A stretch of 64,000 nt of DNA from an uncultured Candidatus Saccharibacteria bacterium (GTDB lineage: Bacteria; Patescibacteriota; Saccharimonadia; Saccharimonadales; Saccharimonadaceae): NCBI GenBank assembly GCA_965241395.1, contig CBDEOC010000059.1, positions 5,198-69,197 on the forward strand. Direction: 5' to 3'. Below, piece by piece: positions 27,947-36,134 of the stretch; the first letter of the stretch is position 1, and each line of letters starts with the position of its first letter. The translations under genes and the position numbers were made by a program. The notes under the pieces are model-generated. The model saw nothing but the letters and a program-made list of their open reading frames with translations, did no database searches and had not been told where the DNA came from.

Positions 27947-28057
27947 GCTCCCTCTCATTTTAACCTAAGTAATCCGGTGCTTTTCCACAGTCCGGATTAC
28001 TGTCGCTATCTATAGCGTCTGTTGCAAAAAGCATAACGCTAATTGTGTGGTTACTTC

Positions 28058-28112
28058 TTGACTACACCATATCTTGGTGAGTACAATCTATCATACACGC
28101 AACATATAGCGT
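28058..28112 (+). promoter_or_regulatory. nrdD promoter (TTGACT-18-TACAAT) overlapping two NrdR-box-like palindromes
   Basis: TTGACT is at 28058-28063 and TACAAT at 28082-28087. The boxes are ACACCATATCTTGGTG (28064-28079) and ACGCAACATATAGCGT (28097-28112), with centres 33 bp apart. Confidence 0.35.
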
Positions 28113-28143
28113 ATGCAACAAACAAAGTCATAAGGAGGGCAGG

Positions 28144-30498
28144 ATGCTGAAGTCGGTGCAGAAGAGGGATGGCCGGATCGTCAGTTTTAATCAAGCGAAT
28201 ATCGCTACGGCTATCGCCAAGGCGGGGGCGGCTACCAAGGAGTTTAGCAGTAAGGAAGCAACTAAGCTGGCGGGTGAGGTGACGAACAAACTAAGTCAGG
28301 AGTACGATGGGACGATCCCGACGGTGGAGCAAATTCAGGACGAGGTGGAAGATATCTTGATGAACTCCAGCTACAAGACGACGGCTAAGGCATATATTGT
28401 CTATCGGGACGAACGGTCTAAAGTGCGCGGTTCAAAGTCTCGGCTGATGTCGCAATTTGATATCATTACCGGCTCACTAGCAAAGGACTCCAGCGACCTC
28501 AAGCGTTCTAATGCTAACGTCAATGGTGATACTGCTATGGGTAAGATGCTTCAGTATGGTGAGGAAGGGTCGAAAGAGTATGCTAAGACTTTCCTGCTCC
28601 GACCGGAGCATGTCCGAGCTCACGACGATGGCGATATCCATATCCATGACCTTGACTTCTATGCCACCGGAACGCTGACTTGCTGTCAGACCGACCCGCT
28701 GAAATTGTTTGCTAATGGCGGCTTCTCGACGGGGCATGGCTTCTTAAGGACGCCTAATAGCATCGGTAGTTATGCTGCTTTGACAGCGATCATCCTGCAG
28801 TCAAATCAGAATGAGCAACACGGCGGGCAAGCTATCCCCAACTTCGACTGGGCGATGGCGCCGGGCGTTAATAAGACTTACCGTAAAGCCGTTCAGTCAA
28901 ATGTCGAGCATTACAATGACTTTACCGGTAAAAAAATCAAGCTTGACCCGGCTAAGCTGGAGAAGCTGACCTATACCGAGCGGATCAAAGGCATCCCGGC
29001 TAAGATCTTTGACTTTGCTATCAAGGAGACCAAGCGCCAGACTTATCAGGCGATGGAAGGCTTGGTGCATAATCTGAATACGATGCATTCTCGAGCAGGC
29101 GCTCAGGTGCCCTTCACCAGCCTGAACTTTGGTACTGATACTTCTCCCGAGGGGCATCTAGCCAGTGAGCAATTCTTGCTAGCGACCGAGGCGGGGCTGG
29201 GACACGGTGAGACGCCGATCTTCCCGATCAGCATCTTCAAAGTAAAAGAAGGCGTGAATTACAATCCGGAGGATCCTAACTACGATCTATTCAAACTGGC
29301 GATGCGAGTCTCGAGCAAGCGACTCTTCCCCAACTTCGTCTTCATTGATGCGCCATTTAACTTAAAGTATTACAAGCCGGGTGATTACAAGTCTGAGATT
29401 GCCACCATGGGTTGTCGCACCAGGGTCTATGAGTCGATCTTTCCCGAGTCGAACGGTACTACGATCGGGCGAGGCAACTTATCCTTTACCAGTATCAATC
29501 TACCGCGACTGGGTATCAAGCATGGTATCTGCCTGGGTAAACGTAGTAAGCCGGACTGGAAGGGATTTTATAAAGAGCTGGATGATCTGATGGATCTGGT
29601 AGCCGACCAGCTATATCAGCGCTATAAGTTTCAGTCTAATATGCTGGTGCGCAACTTCCCCTTCCTGATGGGACAAGGCAACTGGCTTGGTAGTGAGAAG
29701 CTTGGTCCGGATGATCGACTGGAAGCGGTCACTAAGCACGGCACTCTCTCGATCGGTTTTATCGGGTTGGCCGAGACACTGGTGGCAATGACCGGTCATC
29801 ATCATGGTGAGTCGGATGAGATACAGGCTAAAGGGCTGGAAATCATCGGTCACATGCGTCAGCGAGCTGACTATTATAAGGATGAGAAGTACCATCTGAA
29901 TTATGGCATCTTGGGCACGCCGGCTGAGGGATTGTCGGGTCGTTTCACTCGGATAGATCGTCAGCATTTCGGCAAGATCAAAGGCGTGACCGACCGGGAG
30001 TTCTACACTAATTCCTTCCATGTGCCGGTTTACTATCAGATAGGAGCCTTTAATAAGATTGATAAAGAAGCGCCTTATCACAAGCTGTGCAGTGCCGGGC
30101 ACATCACCTACATTGAGCTGGATGGCGATCCCAGCCAGAATATTGAGGCTTTCGAGACGGTGATTCGCCATATGAAAGAGGCGGGGATCGGCTATGGTTC
30201 GGTTAACCATCCGGTTGATCGTGATCCGGTTTGCGGCTTCACCGGCATCATCTACGATGATGTTTGCCCCAGCTGTGGTCGACACGAAGCGGACGGACCC
30301 AGCTTTGAACGTTTGCGTCGGATCACCGGCTACCTGGTCGGTTCACTGGATCGCTGGAACGATGCGAAGCAGGCCGAGGAAAAGGCCAGGGTCAAACATG
30401 GAGTGACGGTCAATAAAAATGGTGTCTATACTACCGAGCAAAAAGCCGAGCGGGAGCTCCAGAAAGCTAATCAAGCTAAGATGATGGCTAAGGTCTGA
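28144..30498 (+). CDS. nrdD: Anaerobic ribonucleoside-triphosphate reductase (class III) with an N-terminal ATP-cone
   Basis: The ATP-cone begins VQKRDGRIVSF. There is a C-terminal Cys cluster CPSCG and the glycyl-radical motif RRITGYL. Confidence 0.93.
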   Translation: MLKSVQKRDGRIVSFNQANIATAIAKAGAATKEFSSKEATKLAGEVTNKLSQEYDGTIPTVEQIQDEVEDILMNSSYKTTAKAYIVYRDERSKVRGSKSRLMSQFDIITGSLAKDSSDLKRSNANVNGDTAMGKMLQYGEEGSKEYAKTFLLRPEHVRAHDDGDIHIHDLDFYATGTLTCCQTDPLKLFANGGFSTGHGFLRTPNSIGSYAALTAIILQSNQNEQHGGQAIPNFDWAMAPGVNKTYRKAVQSNVEHYNDFTGKKIKLDPAKLEKLTYTERIKGIPAKIFDFAIKETKRQTYQAMEGLVHNLNTMHSRAGAQVPFTSLNFGTDTSPEGHLASEQFLLATEAGLGHGETPIFPISIFKVKEGVNYNPEDPNYDLFKLAMRVSSKRLFPNFVFIDAPFNLKYYKPGDYKSEIATMGCRTRVYESIFPESNGTTIGRGNLSFTSINLPRLGIKHGICLGKRSKPDWKGFYKELDDLMDLVADQLYQRYKFQSNMLVRNFPFLMGQGNWLGSEKLGPDDRLEAVTKHGTLSIGFIGLAETLVAMTGHHHGESDEIQAKGLEIIGHMRQRADYYKDEKYHLNYGILGTPAEGLSGRFTRIDRQHFGKIKGVTDREFYTNSFHVPVYYQIGAFNKIDKEAPYHKLCSAGHITYIELDGDPSQNIEAFETVIRHMKEAGIGYGSVNHPVDRDPVCGFTGIIYDDVCPSCGRHEADGPSFERLRRITGYLVGSLDRWNDAKQAEEKARVKHGVTVNKNGVYTTEQKAERELQKANQAKMMAKV

Positions 30499-30499
30499 G

Positions 30500-31012
30500 A
30501 TGCAGCTGGCGGACGATGAAATTAGGTTAGCCTCGCCGGTAGTGGGCGATAGTATCGTTGATGGACCGGGGCTCAGAGCGGTGGTTTGGTGTCAGGGCTG
30601 TTACCGAGCCTGCCCCGGCTGCCACAACCCTGAGACCTGGGATGTCCAGGCCGGTACGGTGGTTAAGATTGATTGGGTCAAGCAAAAGTTGCGCCAGATG
30701 GAGGGGCAGACCGGACTAACGTTGAGTGGCGGTGAGCCGATGCTTCAAGCTAAGGCTTGTAAGGAGCTGGCCGACTGGGCACACCGAGAGATGGGCTGGA
30801 ATGTACTATCCTTCACCGGCTACCTGCATGACGACATCAAGGCGGGGCGAGACTGGTCAACCCCTGAGATGTGGGAGCTGGTCAAGTCGATCGATATGTT
30901 GATTGATGGACCGTTTATCCTGGCGGAGCGGGATTTATCGCTTAAGTTTCGAGGCTCTCGTAATCAGCGTTTACTACACCTCAAAGATGGCGAGATCGTC
31001 AAGGTTGAATAG
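30500..31012 (+). CDS. nrdG: Anaerobic RNR activating radical-SAM protein
   Basis: CQGCYRACPGCHNPETW cluster and LSGGEP, immediately after nrdD. Confidence 0.88.
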   Translation: MQLADDEIRLASPVVGDSIVDGPGLRAVVWCQGCYRACPGCHNPETWDVQAGTVVKIDWVKQKLRQMEGQTGLTLSGGEPMLQAKACKELADWAHREMGWNVLSFTGYLHDDIKAGRDWSTPEMWELVKSIDMLIDGPFILAERDLSLKFRGSRNQRLLHLKDGEIVKVE

Positions 31013-31035
31013 CTGAGTATGATAGAATATCAGCT

Positions 31036-32436
31036 ATGAATGCTGACGAAATCAGGCGACGATTCTTAGAGTGCGCCAAAGAACATGGGCATACGGTGAT
31101 TCCTCGTGCCAAGCTGGTGCCGGAGGATGATCAGACCACCCTATTTACCGGCTCGGGCATGCAGCCCTTACTCAAGTACCTGCTGGGCGAGCCTCATCCT
31201 CTGGGTACCAGGTTAGCCGACAGCCAGACTTGTGTTCGGGCGCAAGACATTGATGAGGTGGGAGATAATCGTCATACCACTTTCTTTGAGATGTTGGGTA
31301 ATTGGAGCCTGGGGGACTACTTTAAGCGAGACCAGATCACCTGGTTTTTTAACTTCCTGGTTGACGAAGTCGGTCTGGATCCACACCGACTATATGTGAC
31401 TTGCTTCGCCGGTGATCCGGAGAACGGCATCCCTCGGGACGATGAGGCAGCGCAGATCTGGCAAGAATTGTTCCAGAGTAAAGGGATCGAGGCTAAGTTG
31501 GCCGATATTGGCAGTGAGGCGCAGGGTGGTCAGCGAGGCATCAAGCCGGGTGAGCGGATCTTCTTCTATGATGGTAGCAAGAACTGGTGGAGCCGTAATG
31601 GTGGTCCGTCGACTACGCCGATGGGTGATCCTTGTGGCCCGGATAGTGAGGTCTTTTATGCCTTTGAGCATGTCGACCATGATCCGGCTTATGGTGATAA
31701 ATGTCACCCTAATTGCGATTGTGGTCACTACATGGAGATTGGTAACCAAGTCTTTACTCAGTACGTTCGTACTCCGGAGGGCTTCAAGAAGTTGCCGAAG
31801 CAGAACGTCGACTTCGGTGGCGGGCTGGAGCGGATTGCGGCGGCGGCGATCGACTCGCCGGATGTTTTCCGTACTTCTTTATTCATGCCGATTATTACTA
31901 AGCTGGAGCAGCTGAGCGGACGTAAATATGATGAAGAAAAACAAGCGATGCGGGTGATCGCTGACCATCTGAGAGCGGCTACCTTCTTAGCGGTTGATGG
32001 AGTTAAGCCGAGCAACAAGCAACAGGGCTATGTCATGCGCCGGCTAATCAGGCGAGCCATCCGCTTCGCCCTGGAGCTGGGGGTAGAGCAGAACTTCATG
32101 GAGGAGATCGTGCCGGTGGTAGCGGGGATTTACCGAGCGGACTTCCCTGAGGTAGAGGCAGGTCACGATGAGGTGGTAGCGGTACTGGTCAAGGAAGAAA
32201 AGGCTTTTCGTTGCACCCTGGCGAAGGGTCTAAGAGAGTTCGACAAGATGTCGGCTGATGGACTAACGGGTAGTGAGGTGTTCAAGCTATACGACACTTA
32301 TGGCTTCCCGATTGAACTATCGGTGGAGGAAGCGACTAAGCGCCGGCTCAGGATTGCCAATACCTGGCAAGCCGATTATAATGAGCTTATGAATCGCCAG
32401 CGCCAGCTCAGCCAAGCCGCAGGGAGGAAGTTCTGA
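31036..32436 (+). CDS. alaS: Alanine--tRNA ligase, aminoacylation plus tRNA-recognition domains only (466 aa; no editing or C-Ala domains)
   Basis: FTGSGMQP, GNWSLGDYFK and DFGGGLERI motifs. It ends in ...LYDTYGFPIELSVEEA...NRQRQLSQAAGRKF, roughly where the minimal active N-terminal fragment of E. coli AlaRS ends. The stop overlaps the next ATG (TGATG). Confidence 0.85.
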   Translation: MNADEIRRRFLECAKEHGHTVIPRAKLVPEDDQTTLFTGSGMQPLLKYLLGEPHPLGTRLADSQTCVRAQDIDEVGDNRHTTFFEMLGNWSLGDYFKRDQITWFFNFLVDEVGLDPHRLYVTCFAGDPENGIPRDDEAAQIWQELFQSKGIEAKLADIGSEAQGGQRGIKPGERIFFYDGSKNWWSRNGGPSTTPMGDPCGPDSEVFYAFEHVDHDPAYGDKCHPNCDCGHYMEIGNQVFTQYVRTPEGFKKLPKQNVDFGGGLERIAAAAIDSPDVFRTSLFMPIITKLEQLSGRKYDEEKQAMRVIADHLRAATFLAVDGVKPSNKQQGYVMRRLIRRAIRFALELGVEQNFMEEIVPVVAGIYRADFPEVEAGHDEVVAVLVKEEKAFRCTLAKGLREFDKMSADGLTGSEVFKLYDTYGFPIELSVEEATKRRLRIANTWQADYNELMNRQRQLSQAAGRKF

Positions 32437-33368
32437 TGTCATCTCTGCGAATGCAGTATCAGATGCCCATCCACGACCTCAATCGTTATCTTGCCGTAGC
32501 TAACGGTTACTATACTGTCAGGAAGATTACGAGAGCGCTGGAGACGCAAGCGTCGCAACGACATAGTATCCTATCTTGTAAAATACAATATAGTGTCGAT
32601 TATTATCGGATGATTCTAAACATTGAGTGTTGTAACGTTGACCAAATAAGCTCGGCTATCATGTCGGCTATAAGTGGTGGTCAAACGGTTGATAACGAGA
32701 TGATAAACAAATGCCTTAATCAGCTTCCGGCCAGGTTTGGAGAGCGTATTGAGTTGGCTAATGAATATATCCAGGAAAATATGACAAGCTTATGGCGAAT
32801 GGGGTGCTTGCCGATCATTGATACTGAGATAATAGAGGATATTTTGCCGGATAGCTTGTCTTCCGAGGACAATAAGACCTGTGTCAAACGTCGGATGCCT
32901 GTACAGCGGGGGATCTGGACGATTGATCTGGAGCTAAAACAGATAGATCTGACAGATCGAGTACTTTTGCCGATCATAATGACAACGATTGGTGGTCTGA
33001 TGGATAATATGGCATACTTGCACGGGCTACACTACCTGGGTGGTAAGATTATTAACGGTGATAGCGACAACGCATCACTTCGTTACAATTGTTACCACGT
33101 TCCATCCATTAGCTGTTCAATCGAAGACTTCCGATCTGAGTTGGAGCAGAAACTGGCGCAAGAAAGCTTTTATGATGAGGATGTCGACAATCTGATTATG
33201 ATGATCGAAGAGCAGATTATGTGCTTTGATCCGGTAGACGACTACCTTGAGACGGGCGTGCTAATTGATCGAAACAAGCTGATGTACCATGTGATGACCA
33301 AAGATAATCTAAATGCGACTCTGGCAAAGGTAAAGGTTAGATCTATAAGCAATGGAGGCATTGACTAG
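32436..33368 (+). CDS. M16-peptidase-like paralog A1 (no zinc motif)
   Basis: Paralog of 35139-36134 (RMQYQMP/RLQYQLA; LLPIIMTTIGGLMDNMAYLHG/LILPVVRMMINDQLDLLTRSFG). It has the shared C-terminal motif DNLNATLAKVKVR. Confidence 0.55.
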   Translation: MSSLRMQYQMPIHDLNRYLAVANGYYTVRKITRALETQASQRHSILSCKIQYSVDYYRMILNIECCNVDQISSAIMSAISGGQTVDNEMINKCLNQLPARFGERIELANEYIQENMTSLWRMGCLPIIDTEIIEDILPDSLSSEDNKTCVKRRMPVQRGIWTIDLELKQIDLTDRVLLPIIMTTIGGLMDNMAYLHGLHYLGGKIINGDSDNASLRYNCYHVPSISCSIEDFRSELEQKLAQESFYDEDVDNLIMMIEEQIMCFDPVDDYLETGVLIDRNKLMYHVMTKDNLNATLAKVKVRSISNGGID

Positions 33369-34392
33369 TATGAATGTGACTGACGGGATATCATCAGTAG
33401 AGACTCCGAAGAGACTGTTTGTCTTTAATGCCGAACTTGATGGGACGATAGATCTTTCAATCGTGGGGATATATCTTTTCTATCTTGCTGATCAACTAAG
33501 CAACCATTTATGCACCGAGCGTCACGTTAAGACTATTAGTAGCCTGTGCGGACTACGCTATTTAGGCTTTCGACATCGTATGATCGTCCGAGTTAATGTA
33601 TGCGATGAGATGGTGTATGGGCTAGTGCTACGCTTCCTTACCCAAGGTCTGAAAGCTCCTAATGACGAACAGCTGAGACGATGTATAGCCAAGCTTGAAA
33701 CTGCTTGGAACATCAATTATCTGATCAAGGACGAGAAAAAGTTTCGTGAGGAAGTAGAGCGACTGGTCCATACAAAGTTCTATAATCTAAGCGGTGACGA
33801 TACTATCTACTATGACAAGCCGACGGGTAAAGGATCCGACATAGAAGCTGACCGGTTAGGTTTCCAGCCTCCCAGTCGGCCGGTCATTCAGTTAGAGCCA
33901 AATATAACAATACTCAGACCGACAAGGACGGATTTGATTTTACTGTCTACTTTGACCGGTTATGTAGGTGGTGTACTGGCACAGGTTATGAGCGATAAGT
34001 ATAATGCTTACAAACTAGGTCAGGTTATGATACCGTCTAAAGCAGGATACAAGATGAAGTTCGGATATTTATTTAAGCAAGAGCAGGATCTGATATACAG
34101 TCTGCGGACTGATATAGAACGTATCCTGCGTGACCTGTCTAATAAGGGGGATGTAGCCGAGCTTGAACAGCTGGTAAGGAGCATTACCTACACTTCGTAC
34201 CGCTATAGCCCGGGAGCCGAGTACATTAATTCCGGTCTGGTTGTATCAACTAAGATTTTCTTAAAGAGGTATATGACGGTCGATAATTTACATAGCGCCA
34301 TTAGTAGACTACGGTTGAAGGACATAGAGAAGTTCCATTTTGGCGGAAGTCGTCATGGTGAGTCTGAGCCGGCGAATATCATTATTGGCTAA
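33352..34392 (+). CDS. M16-peptidase-like paralog B1 (degenerate zinc site)
   Basis: Aligns with B2, but has GIYLFY where B2 has HIYEH. The start is either 33352 (overlapping A1) or 33370. C-terminal motif DNLHSAISRLRLK. Confidence 0.55.
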   Translation: MEALTSMNVTDGISSVETPKRLFVFNAELDGTIDLSIVGIYLFYLADQLSNHLCTERHVKTISSLCGLRYLGFRHRMIVRVNVCDEMVYGLVLRFLTQGLKAPNDEQLRRCIAKLETAWNINYLIKDEKKFREEVERLVHTKFYNLSGDDTIYYDKPTGKGSDIEADRLGFQPPSRPVIQLEPNITILRPTRTDLILLSTLTGYVGGVLAQVMSDKYNAYKLGQVMIPSKAGYKMKFGYLFKQEQDLIYSLRTDIERILRDLSNKGDVAELEQLVRSITYTSYRYSPGAEYINSGLVVSTKIFLKRYMTVDNLHSAISRLRLKDIEKFHFGGSRHGESEPANIIIG

Positions 34393-34627
34393 GAGCTAAG
34401 GTAAGCTTTATCGGTTAAACTCAGCCGGGCTAAGTGAGCGGTATAGCTCAATAATCTTGTTTCAATGACTTTATCCACTAATCTATCCATGGTAACAACC
34501 AGGATAAATGCAACCTGTCTCCATGACACAAAGATCTGATCTGTAAAAAGAAAAAGAAGCAAAAAGAAAAACATCCTAGAAAGACAGAAGAGAAAGCTTA
34601 AACTAACAGACCAAAGTCTTAAATAGT

Positions 34628-34786
34628 TTAAAAATAGTTGTCCAATAACACCGACTTGCGGTTCATATTGGTAGCCGCCACAATGCCGTCTATTATGGCT
34701 GTCTTCTTGCTAATACTAGCCTTGCTGTAGGCTACAGCATGAAACCTAATTATCTCTTTCATACCCATTCTACTTATTCCTTTCAT
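34628..34786 (-). pseudogene. Transposase/integrase N-terminal HTH fragment (52 codons)
   Basis: MKGISRMGMKEIIRFHAVAYSKASISKKTAIIDGIVAATNMNRKSVLLDNYF* resembles the Y.KAS.KEK..ILDE....TG..RK N-terminus of Mu-like DDE integrases. No catalytic domain follows. Confidence 0.35.
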
Positions 34787-34798
34787 AACGCAGAACAG

Positions 34799-34858
34799 GG
34801 TAACCGTGGCTTATGGGCTAACGACTAGCTAATGGGTAACCTTATTTATGAGATAATG
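34799..34858. repeat. Copy Y of the ~60-nt repeat family seen at 17462-17520
   Basis: GGTAACCGTGGCTTATGGGCTAACGACTAGCTAATGGGTAACCTTATTTATGAGATAATG. It lies 12 nt upstream (minus strand) of the transposase fragment, consistent with an IS end. Confidence 0.6.
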
Positions 34859-34961
34859 GGGGCTTTATCGAAGAGAACATTTGTCGTATACTATTTGTAG
34901 TCCCGTTAATTCAGTAAACGGGGAAGGGGTGCTTTGCATCCTCGTACATTTGGAGGCTCAT

Positions 34962-35120
34962 ATGAGCAGAAGAGAACCAAAAGGTAAGCCCAAGTCGGAT
35001 CAATCTATAAAGAAGAGTCTTGATCGAAAGAAGGCACAAGGTAATCGACCATGCAAAACTATTGATAAGGGGGCGCATGGAACAAACACTGGCCAGAGTG
35101 GTCAACCACCGCGTAGGTAG
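34962..35120 (+). CDS. Small, very basic hydrophilic protein (52 aa)
   Basis: GGAGG (34952-34956) sits 5 nt before the ATG. The sequence is MSRREPKGKPKSDQSIKKSLDRKKAQGNRPCKTIDKGAHGTNTGQSGQPPRR. A promoter-like TTTGTCGTATACT lies at 34877-34889. The longer track ORF (34881) would begin inside that promoter. Confidence 0.45.
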   Translation: MSRREPKGKPKSDQSIKKSLDRKKAQGNRPCKTIDKGAHGTNTGQSGQPPRR

Positions 35121-35138
35121 TGTCTGAAGAGGGGTGAG

Positions 35139-36134
35139 GTGCTAGGTTCTTTTGGCGAGGTCGTCGCTGGTTTGTATTGTTGGCGACCTCGCTTTATCCA
35201 GGGTATTATGATTTATCGTCTGCAGTATCAGTTAGCTACACCGGGGCTTGATTATCGCCTGGGAGCGGTTAACAGTATCTGCGTGGCGACGAAGATTATT
35301 GACGGTTTGGCGGAAGCAGGTTTTCCTTATAGTAGCAGTGTCTGTTGGATCAGGCGAATGGCTTTTCAGCAGAGGCTAATTTTATACATTGAATGTATTT
35401 CGGCTCAAGTGGCCGAAGCTGTTGATCGGATTGTGCAGTCACACCACGTCCTTTCTGAAGCACAACTTGATAGCTGCCTGACTCAGGCGGAAGCGATGCT
35501 AGGGGAGACTATTTATCTAGATAAAGTTCGCTTTTATCAGGTTATGGCTGAGCTATTGAGCCGAGGGATGACTTCTCTTCCGAATGATCCGGGGGCAATA
35601 GCTGACCCGGCACTTGACCGGTCTTTTCGCTATGACTGGATTAGCTCTCGTCGTGACTATCGGTCTTTCCGACTTCAGATGATCTACCTCCGGGTTGTTC
35701 AGCCTGGCTTGACTGATCGTCTCATCCTGCCGGTCGTTCGGATGATGATCAACGATCAGCTGGACCTGCTGACTCGATCCTTTGGCGCTAGTTATAACTA
35801 TAGCTCGGTAATGGATTATGGTGATGACAACCTAACTCTACACTACCGATATCTGACAAGGCGCCAGCTTAGTCGTTGTCAATTCCGGCATCAACTGGAG
35901 CAACTACTGAGTCAATTAACGGTTAGCGAGCGAGACTGTGACTACTTTCGTCGATCAATTCAAGTCGGCATGCGTTACTTTAGCCCGGTGGATGTTTACT
36001 CTAGTAGCGGGTTGTTGACTGGGGCGGATGATTTGGTGAAGAATATCAACGTCGAGAATATAAATCGGACTCTACGACGACTCAGGCTCAGAGCGATTGA
36101 TTACTTAGAGGCAACTGAGGCTGACTATGCTTGA
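35139..36134 (+). CDS. M16-peptidase-like paralog A2 (no zinc motif)
   Basis: Paralog of A1. The start is either the GTG at 35139 or the ATG at 35208 (MIYRLQYQ, which aligns with the A1 N-terminus). C-terminal motif ENINRTLRRLRLR. Confidence 0.55.
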   Translation: MLGSFGEVVAGLYCWRPRFIQGIMIYRLQYQLATPGLDYRLGAVNSICVATKIIDGLAEAGFPYSSSVCWIRRMAFQQRLILYIECISAQVAEAVDRIVQSHHVLSEAQLDSCLTQAEAMLGETIYLDKVRFYQVMAELLSRGMTSLPNDPGAIADPALDRSFRYDWISSRRDYRSFRLQMIYLRVVQPGLTDRLILPVVRMMINDQLDLLTRSFGASYNYSSVMDYGDDNLTLHYRYLTRRQLSRCQFRHQLEQLLSQLTVSERDCDYFRRSIQVGMRYFSPVDVYSSSGLLTGADDLVKNINVENINRTLRRLRLRAIDYLEATEADYA

